20,000 nucleotides of DNA from an uncultured virus (IMG/VR IMGVR_UViG_3300024507_000366) (taxonomy: Duplodnaviria > Heunggongvirae > Uroviricota > Caudoviricetes): the IMG/VR virus record IMGVR_UViG_3300024507_000366; one strand, given 5' to 3'. This document shows positions 7,887-15,787 of this stretch, in pieces. The position numbers and the translations under genes are program-made. Below the pieces are notes generated by a model. The model had not been told where the DNA came from and made no database searches. It was given only the letters and a program-made list of their open reading frames with translations. Position 1 is the stretch's first letter. The number at the start of each line of letters is the position of its first letter.

Positions 7887-7995
7887 GCGACACACCTAAA
7901 ACTGACGCTAAAGCCATCTTCTTTGGCTGGAATCCAGAAGAGGGAGAAGAGTTCGTGCAGGCTGATTTTGCCCGCGAGTTGGAGCGCGAGAACGC
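7725..7995 (+). repeat. ~270-bp ungapped imperfect direct repeat, copy 1 (copy 2 at 9035-9305)
   Basis: Offset 1310 bp; 49-nt perfect core 7854-7902 = 9164-9212; both ends fall at ERExA codons. Confidence 0.9.
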
Positions 7996-8146
7996 CGCCC
8001 TACGGGAAAGACTTCAAATGATTGCCGATGCTTATGCGTTAGACGCAAATGAATTGCGTGATATCGCACGCGCCGTTACGAGTAAGCAAACAGGAGACGA
8101 CGCTATTATGCGTCAGCACCTAACTGAAGGAGGAACACCGACATGA
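7883..8146 (+). CDS. MSDTPKTD-family modular phage protein
   Basis: GTGA overlap; FARELERENAALR; ends GDDAIMRQHLTEGGTPT. Confidence 0.75.
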   Translation: MSDTPKTDAKAIFFGWNPEEGEEFVQADFARELERENAALRERLQMIADAYALDANELRDIARAVTSKQTGDDAIMRQHLTEGGTPT

Positions 8147-8406
8147 ATACGACTGATACACCACACACTCAAAAAGTACAAGTAGTTAATCTTGGCAAGC
8201 CTTGGCATCACGCTTATAAAGAGTTATATTCTCACGCTTGTGAGCAGGAAAAGGAAATCGCCAAACTGCGTGAAGCATTGAAAGAAATCAGCACCGAAGC
8301 TCATTGTATTGCCAAAGCAGGTCCATTGAATACACCAACATTACAAGATGCTTGGGGTAAGTTTATGGCAATAGATGCTATGGCAACTAAAGCATTATCA
8401 AAATGA
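8143..8406 (+). CDS. modular phage protein (TDTPHT…EKEIAKLRE)
   Basis: ATGA overlap, GGAGG upstream, related junction motif. Confidence 0.7.
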   Translation: MNTTDTPHTQKVQVVNLGKPWHHAYKELYSHACEQEKEIAKLREALKEISTEAHCIAKAGPLNTPTLQDAWGKFMAIDAMATKALSK

Positions 8407-8819
8407 ACTACGACGAAATGATACAGCAACATTATAACGATCTTTTGGCTGGAGCCGAAGATTGGGCAATCCATCAAGTTATTGATAAAGTGTTGGAAAT
8501 GGAGAATGAAAACGCAAAACTGCATGAAGAAAAGCAGTGGTTACGAGAAACTTTATCCGATGAGGCTAAAAATTATTTCGATATGGCACAAGTTAGATTG
8601 CCAGAACTATTGCGAGAAAATGCCGCGTTGCGGGAGGCTGCACTGTTTCTTCTAAACGAGATTGATGGTGAAGCGTTCCATCAAGTAGGTCAAGCAAATG
8701 GAGAGATGCTTTACGAGGGTGTTAGCAAACTACGAGATGTCATTAACGCGACAAAAAAAGAATCGGGAGACGACGCTATTATGCGTCAGCATCTCAACCA
8801 AGGAGGAACGCCAACGTGA
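8403..8819 (+). CDS. modular coiled-coil phage protein
   Basis: LRENAALRE; C-terminus GDDAIMRQHLNQGGTPT shared with 7883..8146. Confidence 0.75.
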   Translation: MNYDEMIQQHYNDLLAGAEDWAIHQVIDKVLEMENENAKLHEEKQWLRETLSDEAKNYFDMAQVRLPELLRENAALREAALFLLNEIDGEAFHQVGQANGEMLYEGVSKLRDVINATKKESGDDAIMRQHLNQGGTPT

Positions 8820-9196
8820 GCGACCACCTGATCGCCGAGGCTAATCGACACGCCAAAGCATTACATCAAATGACACCCCCAACGACAAAACCAAACCAGC
8901 GCGACATCGACTGGTATATCGCAGAGTGCATCGATCTCAGAAGGCAACTGGAGTACGAGATTGAGGCAAAACGCAATCACCTGCGGATTGCGTGCGAGGA
9001 AATCAATGACCTCAAAGTTAAGACCGGTTTTTACGAGAGGGAAATTGCTCGGCTGCGGGCGGATAAGGAGCGGCTGGATTGGCTCGCGCAATTGCCAGAC
9101 AAACGCTTGTCTAGGGTTCACGATCTTTGGGTCAACGATGGAGACATTGCAGACGTGCGCGCCGCCATCGACGCCGCACGAAAGGAGCAGCCGTGA
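8816..9196 (+). CDS. modular phage protein
   Basis: EREIARLR…DWL…AIDAARKEQP C-half shared with 7608..7886. Confidence 0.75.
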   Translation: MSDHLIAEANRHAKALHQMTPPTTKPNQRDIDWYIAECIDLRRQLEYEIEAKRNHLRIACEEINDLKVKTGFYEREIARLRADKERLDWLAQLPDKRLSRVHDLWVNDGDIADVRAAIDAARKEQP

Positions 9197-9305
9197 GCGA
9201 CACACCTAAAACCGACGCTAAAGCACAATTTTTCGGATTCAATCCAGACGAGGGCGAAGAATTCGTGCAGGCTGATTTTGCCCGCGAACTGGAGCGCGAG
9301 AACGC
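9035..9305 (+). repeat. direct repeat copy 2 of 7725-7995
   Basis: Same alignment as copy 1. Confidence 0.9.
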
Positions 9306-9531
9306 TGCGCTGCGGCAAGCCTTGGAAGATATGCCGACTTGCAGGTGCGGCTTGAGTACCGACGAGCAATGTGCCTTGTCGGTCCAGAACGCCACACTGC
9401 GGACCGCAGCTGTCGAGGTATGCGCGCTTGCGCGCGTTTGGGTAACTGTTTGGGGAGACAAGCTCTCACCCGACACCGTAGCAAATTTTGCGGAGTTGGA
9501 AAAACAAATCTTAAAAAAGGCACAGCCGTGA
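9193..9531 (+). CDS. MSDTPKTD-family modular phage protein
   Basis: N-half nearly identical to 7883..8146, different C-half. Confidence 0.75.
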   Translation: MSDTPKTDAKAQFFGFNPDEGEEFVQADFARELERENAALRQALEDMPTCRCGLSTDEQCALSVQNATLRTAAVEVCALARVWVTVWGDKLSPDTVANFAELEKQILKKAQP

Positions 9532-9875
9532 GCAAGTCAAAACAATACTTCTGTTTCCTCCAATACTTCGCCACAGGCGAGGGACTGACTGAAAATATGG
9601 CTTTTGTCGATGCCAAATCAGAAAAAGAAGCTATCAAAATCTTTTGCAGGGACTATGTTTTAAGCAAAAACACTTGCACTTTGGAGGAAGAGGTATCTTT
9701 TTTCTCTGATGTAGTTTGCATCTACGATCTAAGCAAAAAGGAAAGCCGCGCCAACGCTCAAGAAATTTTAAATAATTTTTTTCGTCCCGAAGTCACTAGA
9801 AGCATCTTGAAGGCGAGGATGAAGAAAAACGCGATATTCGACTTCAACTTCCGATTCTATGCGAATTACAGCTAA
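9528..9875 (+). CDS. hypothetical protein
   Basis: GTG start in CAGCCGTGAGC junction. Confidence 0.7.
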   Translation: MSKSKQYFCFLQYFATGEGLTENMAFVDAKSEKEAIKIFCRDYVLSKNTCTLEEEVSFFSDVVCIYDLSKKESRANAQEILNNFFRPEVTRSILKARMKKNAIFDFNFRFYANYS

Positions 9876-9879
9876 ACCT

Positions 9880-10098
9880 ATGAAAGTCACCGTCACATTT
9901 AAACTGCCCGAGGACAAATGGGACTACAACTGCTTCAAAGCTTCCGCTGAGATGTCGAGCGTCATCTTGGACTTGGACAGTCTTCTTCGCTCTGTTTCCA
10001 AGCACGGTCATAACATCACATCAGTTACCGAGTTCGCCCACTTTATCCGGTCAGAGTACCTCTCTGAGGTTGTAAGCGATCTTCACAAAGAGAGTTAA
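9880..10098 (+). CDS. conserved phage hypothetical protein (MKVTVTFKLPED…)
   Basis: ATG 9880 just after upstream stop; FxLPED motif. Confidence 0.7.
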   Translation: MKVTVTFKLPEDKWDYNCFKASAEMSSVILDLDSLLRSVSKHGHNITSVTEFAHFIRSEYLSEVVSDLHKES

Positions 10099-10109
10099 AA
10101 TTAATTAAA

Positions 10110-10352
10110 ATGGGCTGCGATAAATATTACCTCCAAGGGTTCAATTACCCAATTATGGTAAGCGAAGGGCAAGATGAGATCAGTTGCCTTTGCACCTTCC
10201 CAGATAGCGGGGTATGCAAAGAACGGCTTCGTTCCTTGGCTTATCTTGGCGCAGCAGTCGTTCTGATGTCCCGTGACCAGCTACCGCACGGGTTTTTGCC
10301 TGCTTGCTTGCCCGAAGATGTCAGGAAGGAGATTGACCAACATTTCGTTTAA
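10110..10352 (+). CDS. hypothetical protein
   Basis: 80-aa ORF after AT-rich leader. Confidence 0.55.
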   Translation: MGCDKYYLQGFNYPIMVSEGQDEISCLCTFPDSGVCKERLRSLAYLGAAVVLMSRDQLPHGFLPACLPEDVRKEIDQHFV

Positions 10353-10380
10353 AACAAAGATTTTAAGGCTACTATAAGAT

Positions 10381-10917
10381 ATGAATCCCGACGTTAATTA
10401 TAAATCTTACGTGAACGAGACAGGCTTGTTCATCGATAACTGGCAGAATCCAGAAACAGTTTCTGCTTACGATGACGTAATGAAGTTCTCCAACTGCACA
10501 GATGTTACCGTATCTGGGGTGCTGATTATGGGCGGCAGAGAGGACTGTATTGACGCCGTAAGAGGGTCGAACTACTTCTTCACCGACCTTTCGCTTGTTC
10601 CCTTGTGGAATGGAGTAACGATTAAAGGTAGCATAGAGAACGCTACATTCAAGAATATCTCATTTGAGACTACGGGTAAGGACTACTGCATTGAACTGGG
10701 TCAATTCGATAACTATTGGACTCCAGGGCGCAAGCCTACCCGTGGAGTTAAACTCGAAAACGTACACAGTGTTTCGGGGGCCAAAGTGACCGTAAGGGTC
10801 TGGGACGCTGAAATGCCAACCATTATCAACTCTCCTAGCGTTGTCGTTAAGAAGATTCCAAAGTTCATTTGGTATCCTTACTTTTTGTTCAGACGCTGGC
10901 AAATTAAAAAGAATTAA
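10381..10917 (+). CDS. short right-handed beta-helix (pectin-lyase-like) protein
   Basis: Repeating strands CTDVTVSGV, GGREDCIDA, NATFKNISF, GVKLENV. Confidence 0.6.
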   Translation: MNPDVNYKSYVNETGLFIDNWQNPETVSAYDDVMKFSNCTDVTVSGVLIMGGREDCIDAVRGSNYFFTDLSLVPLWNGVTIKGSIENATFKNISFETTGKDYCIELGQFDNYWTPGRKPTRGVKLENVHSVSGAKVTVRVWDAEMPTIINSPSVVVKKIPKFIWYPYFLFRRWQIKKN

Positions 10918-10922
10918 AATTT

Positions 10923-11090
10923 ATGGCACAAGAAACAATGACACCAGAGATAGCTTTGGGCAATCTGATTACAGTTTACAAGCAAAGTCGCTTAACGCCC
11001 GAAGAACACGACATTATGAAGGCGAGCATCCAAACGCTCATTGACCTCATCCAGAAGGACAAGGAAGGAAAAGCGCCCAAAAAAGGGTAA
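10923..11090 (+). CDS. small hypothetical protein (MAQETMTPEIALGNL…)
   Basis: 55-aa ORF read manually, ATG 5 nt after upstream stop. Confidence 0.65.
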   Translation: MAQETMTPEIALGNLITVYKQSRLTPEEHDIMKASIQTLIDLIQKDKEGKAPKKG

Positions 11091-11117
11091 TTCAGTAAGG
11101 TTTTTAACAACAAATTG

Positions 11118-11198
11118 CTGTAATTAGTCTTGACGAGAGCGCCGAGTTTGTTCCAAATGAGACAGATTCGGCGCTTTCTATTAAATTACAGGCTTTTT
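11118..11198 (+). terminator. long intergenic hairpin, possible terminator
   Basis: CTGTAATT/AATTACAG enclosing AGCGCCGAGTTTGT/ACAGATTCGGCGCT, followed by a T-run. Confidence 0.5.
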
Positions 11199-11227
11199 TC
11201 GAATTAAAAATCAAAAAGGGGGAGAAG

Positions 11228-11518
11228 ATGACAGAAAATACACCAATTCCAGCAGCAATCGGGGTGCTTTTAGCGGGCGTTTTCCTTGGAGTTTTGGGGT
11301 CAAAAATCTACAGAAAATGGCGCAAGAAAAAACAGCACGAACAAGAGGTTTTTCATCAGGCACATTTGGATGAAATTGAGGCCAAAAAACTACACGATAA
11401 ATTGGTCGATTCTAGAGTAGAAATCGGCCTAAAACCACCCAAGGCTTTCAAGACAAAACGGAAGCCCCAAGACACCAAGATTCTCGGCAAAAAAAGCCTC
11501 AAGAAAAACCTTGACTAA
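11228..11518 (+). CDS. membrane-anchored basic protein
   Basis: N-terminal TM helix followed by a Lys-rich tail. Confidence 0.7.
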   Translation: MTENTPIPAAIGVLLAGVFLGVLGSKIYRKWRKKKQHEQEVFHQAHLDEIEAKKLHDKLVDSRVEIGLKPPKAFKTKRKPQDTKILGKKSLKKNLD

Positions 11519-11730
11519 ACCATCCCACTCCCACATAAGTGGGATGATAACGTAACACCCTATAACCACTATACCAGTAACATAGATAATGAATACAGAT
11601 AAGTATAGAGAATATAGAGAAAAGAGAGAGGTTAATGGGAATTATAAATGGGAAATGGGGAATTTTACCCATCACGGCTCTATTTTTTATTAATTTTAAT
11701 TCAATTTGGAATTTTAATTCGCCCTTTTCT

Positions 11731-11979
11731 ATGCGTTATCACCTATTCACAGCTATTAGGTATCTCATTACGACAGTTTTGTTCATCCTAGTAGGGGTTC
11801 CTGTATCAATTTTGTTTTCCCTTGTCGGAGGCGTGCTCTGCACCGCGAGCCTGTTCGTGGACTTGAACAACACGTTCCTAACCAACGTGTTAGGTAAGCT
11901 GACGGAGTTCCAGAACAGCTATTTCCTGCACAAAAACATCAGATCGGTAATGGAAAAAATGAACTCCGGGCAGGGGTAA
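11731..11979 (+). CDS. membrane protein (start uncertain, 11635 or 11731)
   Basis: Long hydrophobic segment YLITTVLFILVGVPVSILFSLVGGVL. Confidence 0.6.
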   Translation: MRYHLFTAIRYLITTVLFILVGVPVSILFSLVGGVLCTASLFVDLNNTFLTNVLGKLTEFQNSYFLHKNIRSVMEKMNSGQG

Positions 11980-11990
11980 AATACAACTTT

Positions 11991-12416
11991 ATGTACGAAT
12001 ACATTATCAAGTTAAACAGAGTAATTGATGGCGACACTATCGTAGCTGATATCGACCTTGGCTTCGATGTGTGGCTAAAAGATCAGTATATTCGCCTATA
12101 TGGAGTTGACACACCAGAACTGAAGAGTAAAGATAAGGCCCACCGAGCAGCCGGGCTGCTAGCTAAGACCAAGCTCACTGAGTTTCTCTCTTCTGCTCAA
12201 GGGCTCTCAATCAAGAGCGAGAATTTTGAACCAGAGGACGACAAATATGGGAGGATCTTAGGCACAATAATCACTGACAGGGGCGAAAACGTGAATCACT
12301 ATCTCCTAAATAACAAGTACGGTGTCGAGTACAGTGGGCAAAATAAAGGAGAAATAATGAAGGCTCACGCTGCAAATATAGAGTTCTTAACAACGAACGG
12401 GCTACTTCAATTATGA
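11991..12416 (+). CDS. thermonuclease (SNase-like) family protein
   Basis: RVIDGDTI, IRLYGVDTPE and DKYGRILG motifs. Confidence 0.92.
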   Translation: MYEYIIKLNRVIDGDTIVADIDLGFDVWLKDQYIRLYGVDTPELKSKDKAHRAAGLLAKTKLTEFLSSAQGLSIKSENFEPEDDKYGRILGTIITDRGENVNHYLLNNKYGVEYSGQNKGEIMKAHAANIEFLTTNGLLQL

Positions 12417-12928
12417 ATGTAAAAGCCCTAAATATAGCTCTTTGTTTACTGTTGGCAGGATGCTCCTCCTTCTATAAGGATAAGAACGGAGAAAATATTA
12501 ATAAAAATGCGCCGATCTTTGTAAGCCCAAAGACGAACGCGATTCCCGCTAATAAGCCAGCTGAACCCAAAGTTGAATACAAGGGCGAGAAATATATCTT
12601 GGTCAAAGAGACCGATTTAAATTTATTATTAAATCGAAAGGTGAGCGAGCCAGCGCCAAATAAGGGTGCGGTTGCGGCGCCCGCCGCCACTGGGGAAAAT
12701 TCCCCACCCCTCGCCAAAATTGGGGAAAATTCCCCACCCACCCAATCGAAGCCAGAAATCCTTTCGGTCCCTGTCATCCGCTTGGAGCCAACTGAAGAGA
12801 AAAAGCCTTCCGCTTCCAGCAGCTGGCCGCTCTTCTTTTTGGTTGTGATTGGAGTAGCGGCGCTCTTCGCTACCGCTTGGTATTATCTGTACTATAGGCC
12901 ACACAATCCTCCCCGCCCCACGAATTAA
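12413..12928 (+). CDS. lipoprotein with Pro-rich linker and C-terminal TM helix
   Basis: Lipobox LLAGC; TM WPLFFLVVIGVAALFATAWYYLYY. Confidence 0.75.
   Translation: MNVKALNIALCLLLAGCSSFYKDKNGENINKNAPIFVSPKTNAIPANKPAEPKVEYKGEKYILVKETDLNLLLNRKVSEPAPNKGAVAAPAATGENSPPLAKIGENSPPTQSKPEILSVPVIRLEPTEEKKPSASSSWPLFFLVVIGVAALFATAWYYLYYRPHNPPRPTN
12691..12739 (+). repeat. tandem pair of palindromic TGGGGAAAATTCCCCACCC (30-bp period)
   Basis: 12691-12709 and 12721-12739; the 16-mer recurs inverted at 18192-18207, variant at 11656-11671. Confidence 0.8.
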
Positions 12929-13010
12929 AATTAATTAAAAATGGGGAGTTGGCATAAGAATTGTCCGCCCACCCCCCCGTTTTTTTTTGAAAAAAAGTGC
13001 GCGAGATGGC

Positions 13011-13038
13011 TTGACGGCGGGCGAATCTGTGGTAGAGT
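13011..13038 (+). promoter_or_regulatory. promoter TTGACG-16-(TG)TAGAGT, 8 nt before ATG 13047
   Basis: Motif match; same geometry at several other genes. Confidence 0.65.
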
Positions 13039-13046
13039 GATCGCGT

Positions 13047-13286
13047 ATGAATAACACCACCTCAATCAAACGCGGTCGTGGGCGCCCTGTTGGCTCCACC
13101 TCCTTTGTCAACGTCAGCCTCGCTGACCTCGATCAGTTCATCGGCACCAAGAGCGCGATCCCTGTCTCGCGCGTCTGGCTCCAGAAGATGAACCTCACGG
13201 TCCAGCCGATCACCCGCTCGATCAACGAGGCCAGCGACACCACCGACACCACCCCCAAGGTGGAGTTCAAGATCACCAAGCTCTAA
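13047..13286 (+). CDS. small AT-hook-like DNA-binding protein
   Basis: KRGRGRPVGS motif. Confidence 0.7.
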   Translation: MNNTTSIKRGRGRPVGSTSFVNVSLADLDQFIGTKSAIPVSRVWLQKMNLTVQPITRSINEASDTTDTTPKVEFKITKL

Positions 13287-13301
13287 TTGGAGACTAATCA
13301 A

Positions 13302-14231
13302 ATGTCCCGTTTTGCTGAACTAGTTGGTCAGGCGGATGTCAAGAAGAAGCTCGACTTCTATCTCGACGCCCACGAAAAGAGCCGCAAGTTCCCGTTCCTT
13401 CTCCTCACCGGAGCCAAGGGTATGGGCAAGACCGAGTTCGCCAAGGAGACTGCCCGTGGCCTCAAGGCTGCGGACGGCGCGCCCAAGGCTTTCCTCGAAA
13501 TCAACTGCGGCACGATCAAGAATGCTCAAGTGTTCTTTGAACAGGTGTTTGCTCCAGTGATCCAAGGCAACGAGATCACTGTTCTCTTGGATGAGTGTCA
13601 CGCTCTCCCCAAGGACTTGATGACTGTTCTGCTTTCTGCGTTCAATACGGAGAAGACGGAGATCAAGCAAGTTACTTGGCGCGAGGGTATGTACGAGTTC
13701 AACTTCAAGAAGCAGACGTTTATGCTCGCTACCACCGAGCCTGATCGCCTGTTTGCCCCCTTGAAGGATCGCCTGACTCATATCGATTTCCAGACCTATT
13801 CCGTGTCGGATGTCGCGAAGATTATCCAAAAGATTCTTCCTGATGTTTCGTTCAAGGGCGAGGCTCTGGACCGCATCGCGACCACTGTCCGTGGCAACGC
13901 TCGCTCCTCCGTCCAGCGTGCGAAGCAGATCGAGATGTACTGTGAGACCAAGGCTAAAAAGGATTTCGGTTGCAAGGAGTGGGACGACCTTTGCAGCAAG
14001 ATCGGCATCAACCCCTCTGGTCTTAACAACACCGAAATTCAGATTCTCCGTGCGTTGAAGGATCGTGGCGACTGCTCCCTGAATATGCTGTCAGCTATTA
14101 CGGGAATGAGCCGCTCGTCCCTTCAGCGTGATTCCGAGGTCTTCCTGCTCCAGAAGGGGTTTATGAAGATCGAGGGTCAGCGCAAGCTCACGGTGGCAGG
14201 CGCGAAGGTGTTAGAGCAAGTCAAGGCTTAA
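13302..14231 (+). CDS. ruvB: RuvB-like Holliday junction branch-migration AAA+ ATPase
   Basis: LVGQ, Walker A GAKGMGKT, Walker B LLDECHAL, ATT…PLKDR, RGNAR, C-terminal winged-helix-like region. Confidence 0.85.
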   Translation: MSRFAELVGQADVKKKLDFYLDAHEKSRKFPFLLLTGAKGMGKTEFAKETARGLKAADGAPKAFLEINCGTIKNAQVFFEQVFAPVIQGNEITVLLDECHALPKDLMTVLLSAFNTEKTEIKQVTWREGMYEFNFKKQTFMLATTEPDRLFAPLKDRLTHIDFQTYSVSDVAKIIQKILPDVSFKGEALDRIATTVRGNARSSVQRAKQIEMYCETKAKKDFGCKEWDDLCSKIGINPSGLNNTEIQILRALKDRGDCSLNMLSAITGMSRSSLQRDSEVFLLQKGFMKIEGQRKLTVAGAKVLEQVKA

Positions 14232-14479
14232 CTTCATACCGAGACTGGGCAACCGTGCGTGAGTGGTGGCCCAACAATTTTCCCAGTCAAGTTAGAACAG
14301 CATTCCGCTGAGCCCACAAACAAAACAAAATAGTTAGTAATCAACAGTGGTGGCCCTACGCAAAACACAGGCACGGGTAAAGCCTTAACTTGACTGGGTT
14401 CCTTTTAAATAATAACGAAAGAGAAAGCAAATAATAACAAATAAGTGCGAAATAAATAAAAGCAAGCTCACAAGTGGGA

Positions 14480-14495
14480 TACGTAGTTCTACGTA
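14480..14495. promoter_or_regulatory. palindromic operator-like site TACGTAG-TT-CTACGTA
   Basis: Perfect 7-bp arms; recurs at 19890-19905 and partially at 15767-15779, each just left of the 36-bp repeat. Confidence 0.65.
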
Positions 14496-14496
14496 G

Positions 14497-14532
14497 CCGG
14501 GCCAGGCCCGGTTGTAAAAAAAATGTAAAAAA
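14497..14532 (+). repeat. 36-bp dispersed repeat R1
   Basis: CCGGGCCAGGCCCGG TTGTAAAAAAAATGTAAAAAA. Confidence 0.95.
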
Positions 14533-14591
14533 TGGTTTTCGTGCAAGATTGTTCTCGCGCAGCCACCCCTCTTCTGATCTACTTCTGGCGT

Positions 14592-14810
14592 ATGAAACTA
14601 AAGCGCGTTTGCCAGTTCAACGGGAGGGTCTACGAGATGGACTTCCCCAATATGACCGCGTCGCAGTATTACGACGCCCGTGAGAAGTGGAAGGGTGGCC
14701 TGCTGATTCAGCAGGCGTTTCCCTTCTTGACCGCCGATGAGCGGGAGTTCATTATGACCGGAACGCCCCCGCACGTTTGGAAAGAGATCTTCGCGCAGCA
14801 CGACCTATGA
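14592..14810 (+). CDS. conserved phage hypothetical protein (LIQxAFPxLxADEREFIxTG family)
   Basis: cgtATG start; recognisable phage motif. Confidence 0.8.
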   Translation: MKLKRVCQFNGRVYEMDFPNMTASQYYDAREKWKGGLLIQQAFPFLTADEREFIMTGTPPHVWKEIFAQHDL

Positions 14811-14989
14811 AGCCGATGACCCAACCCACCTACGCTTACTTGCGCGGGTTTCTCGATGCTTACAACATTGGCGCCTATCAATTCGATGCGCGCCGAAGCG
14901 AGTTGACCAGCCCCAACGCTGGAAGCGATTACAAGGCTGGATACGATAAGGGAATGACCTTCTATGCGGATGACAATAATTTAGATTAA
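14807..14989 (+). CDS. small hypothetical protein (YxxGY motifs)
   Basis: ATGA overlap; YLRGFLDA and YKAGYDKG. Confidence 0.65.
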   Translation: MKPMTQPTYAYLRGFLDAYNIGAYQFDARRSELTSPNAGSDYKAGYDKGMTFYADDNNLD

Positions 14990-15021
14990 AAAACTGGTGG
15001 GTGGGGTGTTTACCCCAGCCG

Positions 15022-15057
15022 CCCGGCCTGGCCCGGTTGTAAAAAAAATGTAAAAAA
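15022..15057 (+). repeat. 36-bp repeat R2
   Basis: CCCGGCCTGGCCCGG TTGTAAAAAAAATGTAAAAAA. Confidence 0.93.
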
Positions 15058-15087
15058 AGCGCGAACCGAAGTCCGCGCTTGACTCTC

Positions 15088-15375
15088 TCAGATTTGCCCC
15101 AGAAGCACGCTTTCCACGTACTCCTTGCCTTGGGCGAGCGTCGCCTCTGGACAGATATCGCGCACAGCCTTGATCAGGGTGATCTTGTTGGCGATGGGGT
15201 GGCTCTCCCGCGCCTGCCTCTGCGCCTCATCCCAGAGGGTGGTGAGCGCCATCCGCACCTTGGCGCTGTTGAGATCGGCGCCCCTGTCAAAGCTGATTTC
15301 GATTTCGCTATTGCACACGCCCAGCTTGGCGGCGAAGTGGTTGACGATGTCCTCGCGGTCGATGATGACTTTCAT
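15088..15375 (-). CDS. protein with ribosomal L7/L12 C-terminal-like domain
   Basis: NKITLIKAVRDICPEATLAQGKEYVES resembles the bL12 CTD pattern KIxxIKxVRxxxxxxLxEAKxxVE. Confidence 0.6.
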   Translation of the reverse strand: MKVIIDREDIVNHFAAKLGVCNSEIEISFDRGADLNSAKVRMALTTLWDEAQRQARESHPIANKITLIKAVRDICPEATLAQGKEYVESVLLGQI

Positions 15376-15376
15376 A

Positions 15377-15583
15377 TTACAGGATGTTGTGGTTTTGCAG
15401 GAAGGTGACGTATTGGTCGAGCAGGGTTTTCTTGTTCTTGGTGCGCGACCCGATGAGGTAGCGGATTTGCGGGGCAACGCTCTTGCCCGAGGAGTGACGG
15501 AGCCCGAGGGTTTCGAGCTTGAGCGCGCCCTTGAGGGCGAGCAGGCGGTAAGCGAAGATCTTGTCAGGAGTGTCAGCAATCAT
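15377..15583 (-). CDS. conserved small basic phage protein (RLLALKGALKLETLGLRHS)
   Basis: ATG at 15583; stop 1 nt before the next start. Confidence 0.7.
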   Translation of the reverse strand: MIADTPDKIFAYRLLALKGALKLETLGLRHSSGKSVAPQIRYLIGSRTKNKKTLLDQYVTFLQNHNIL

Positions 15584-15787
15584 CTTTTTGTATGGGTTAG
15601 AATTGGAGCCGCGCTGCCTGCCTCCTATGTGGCGGGTGATTAGGGAGTCTTCACGGCTTCGGTTTCTCCCCGTCAGCAAGGGAGAGAATGGAGTTTGCTC
15701 TGCGCTCTGCAACACTTTTCTGCGGACATTTTTCGTGCCAAGCCCTCCCAAAAAGCGTGTCAATGGGTAGAACTACGTATTTTTTGC

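Noticed and set aside
7725..9305. Duplicated segment as a DGR template/variable repeat pair
   Set aside because: Mismatches are mostly synonymous and not adenine-specific, and there is no reverse transcriptase in the window.
11521..11632. Hairpin CATCCCACT/AGTGGGATG and purine-rich low-complexity tract
   Set aside because: No periodic repeat or recognisable origin signature; cannot be assigned from sequence alone.
14282..14398. 13-bp inverted repeat as retron msr-msd a1/a2 arms
   Set aside because: No reverse transcriptase nearby; kept only as a generic structured element.
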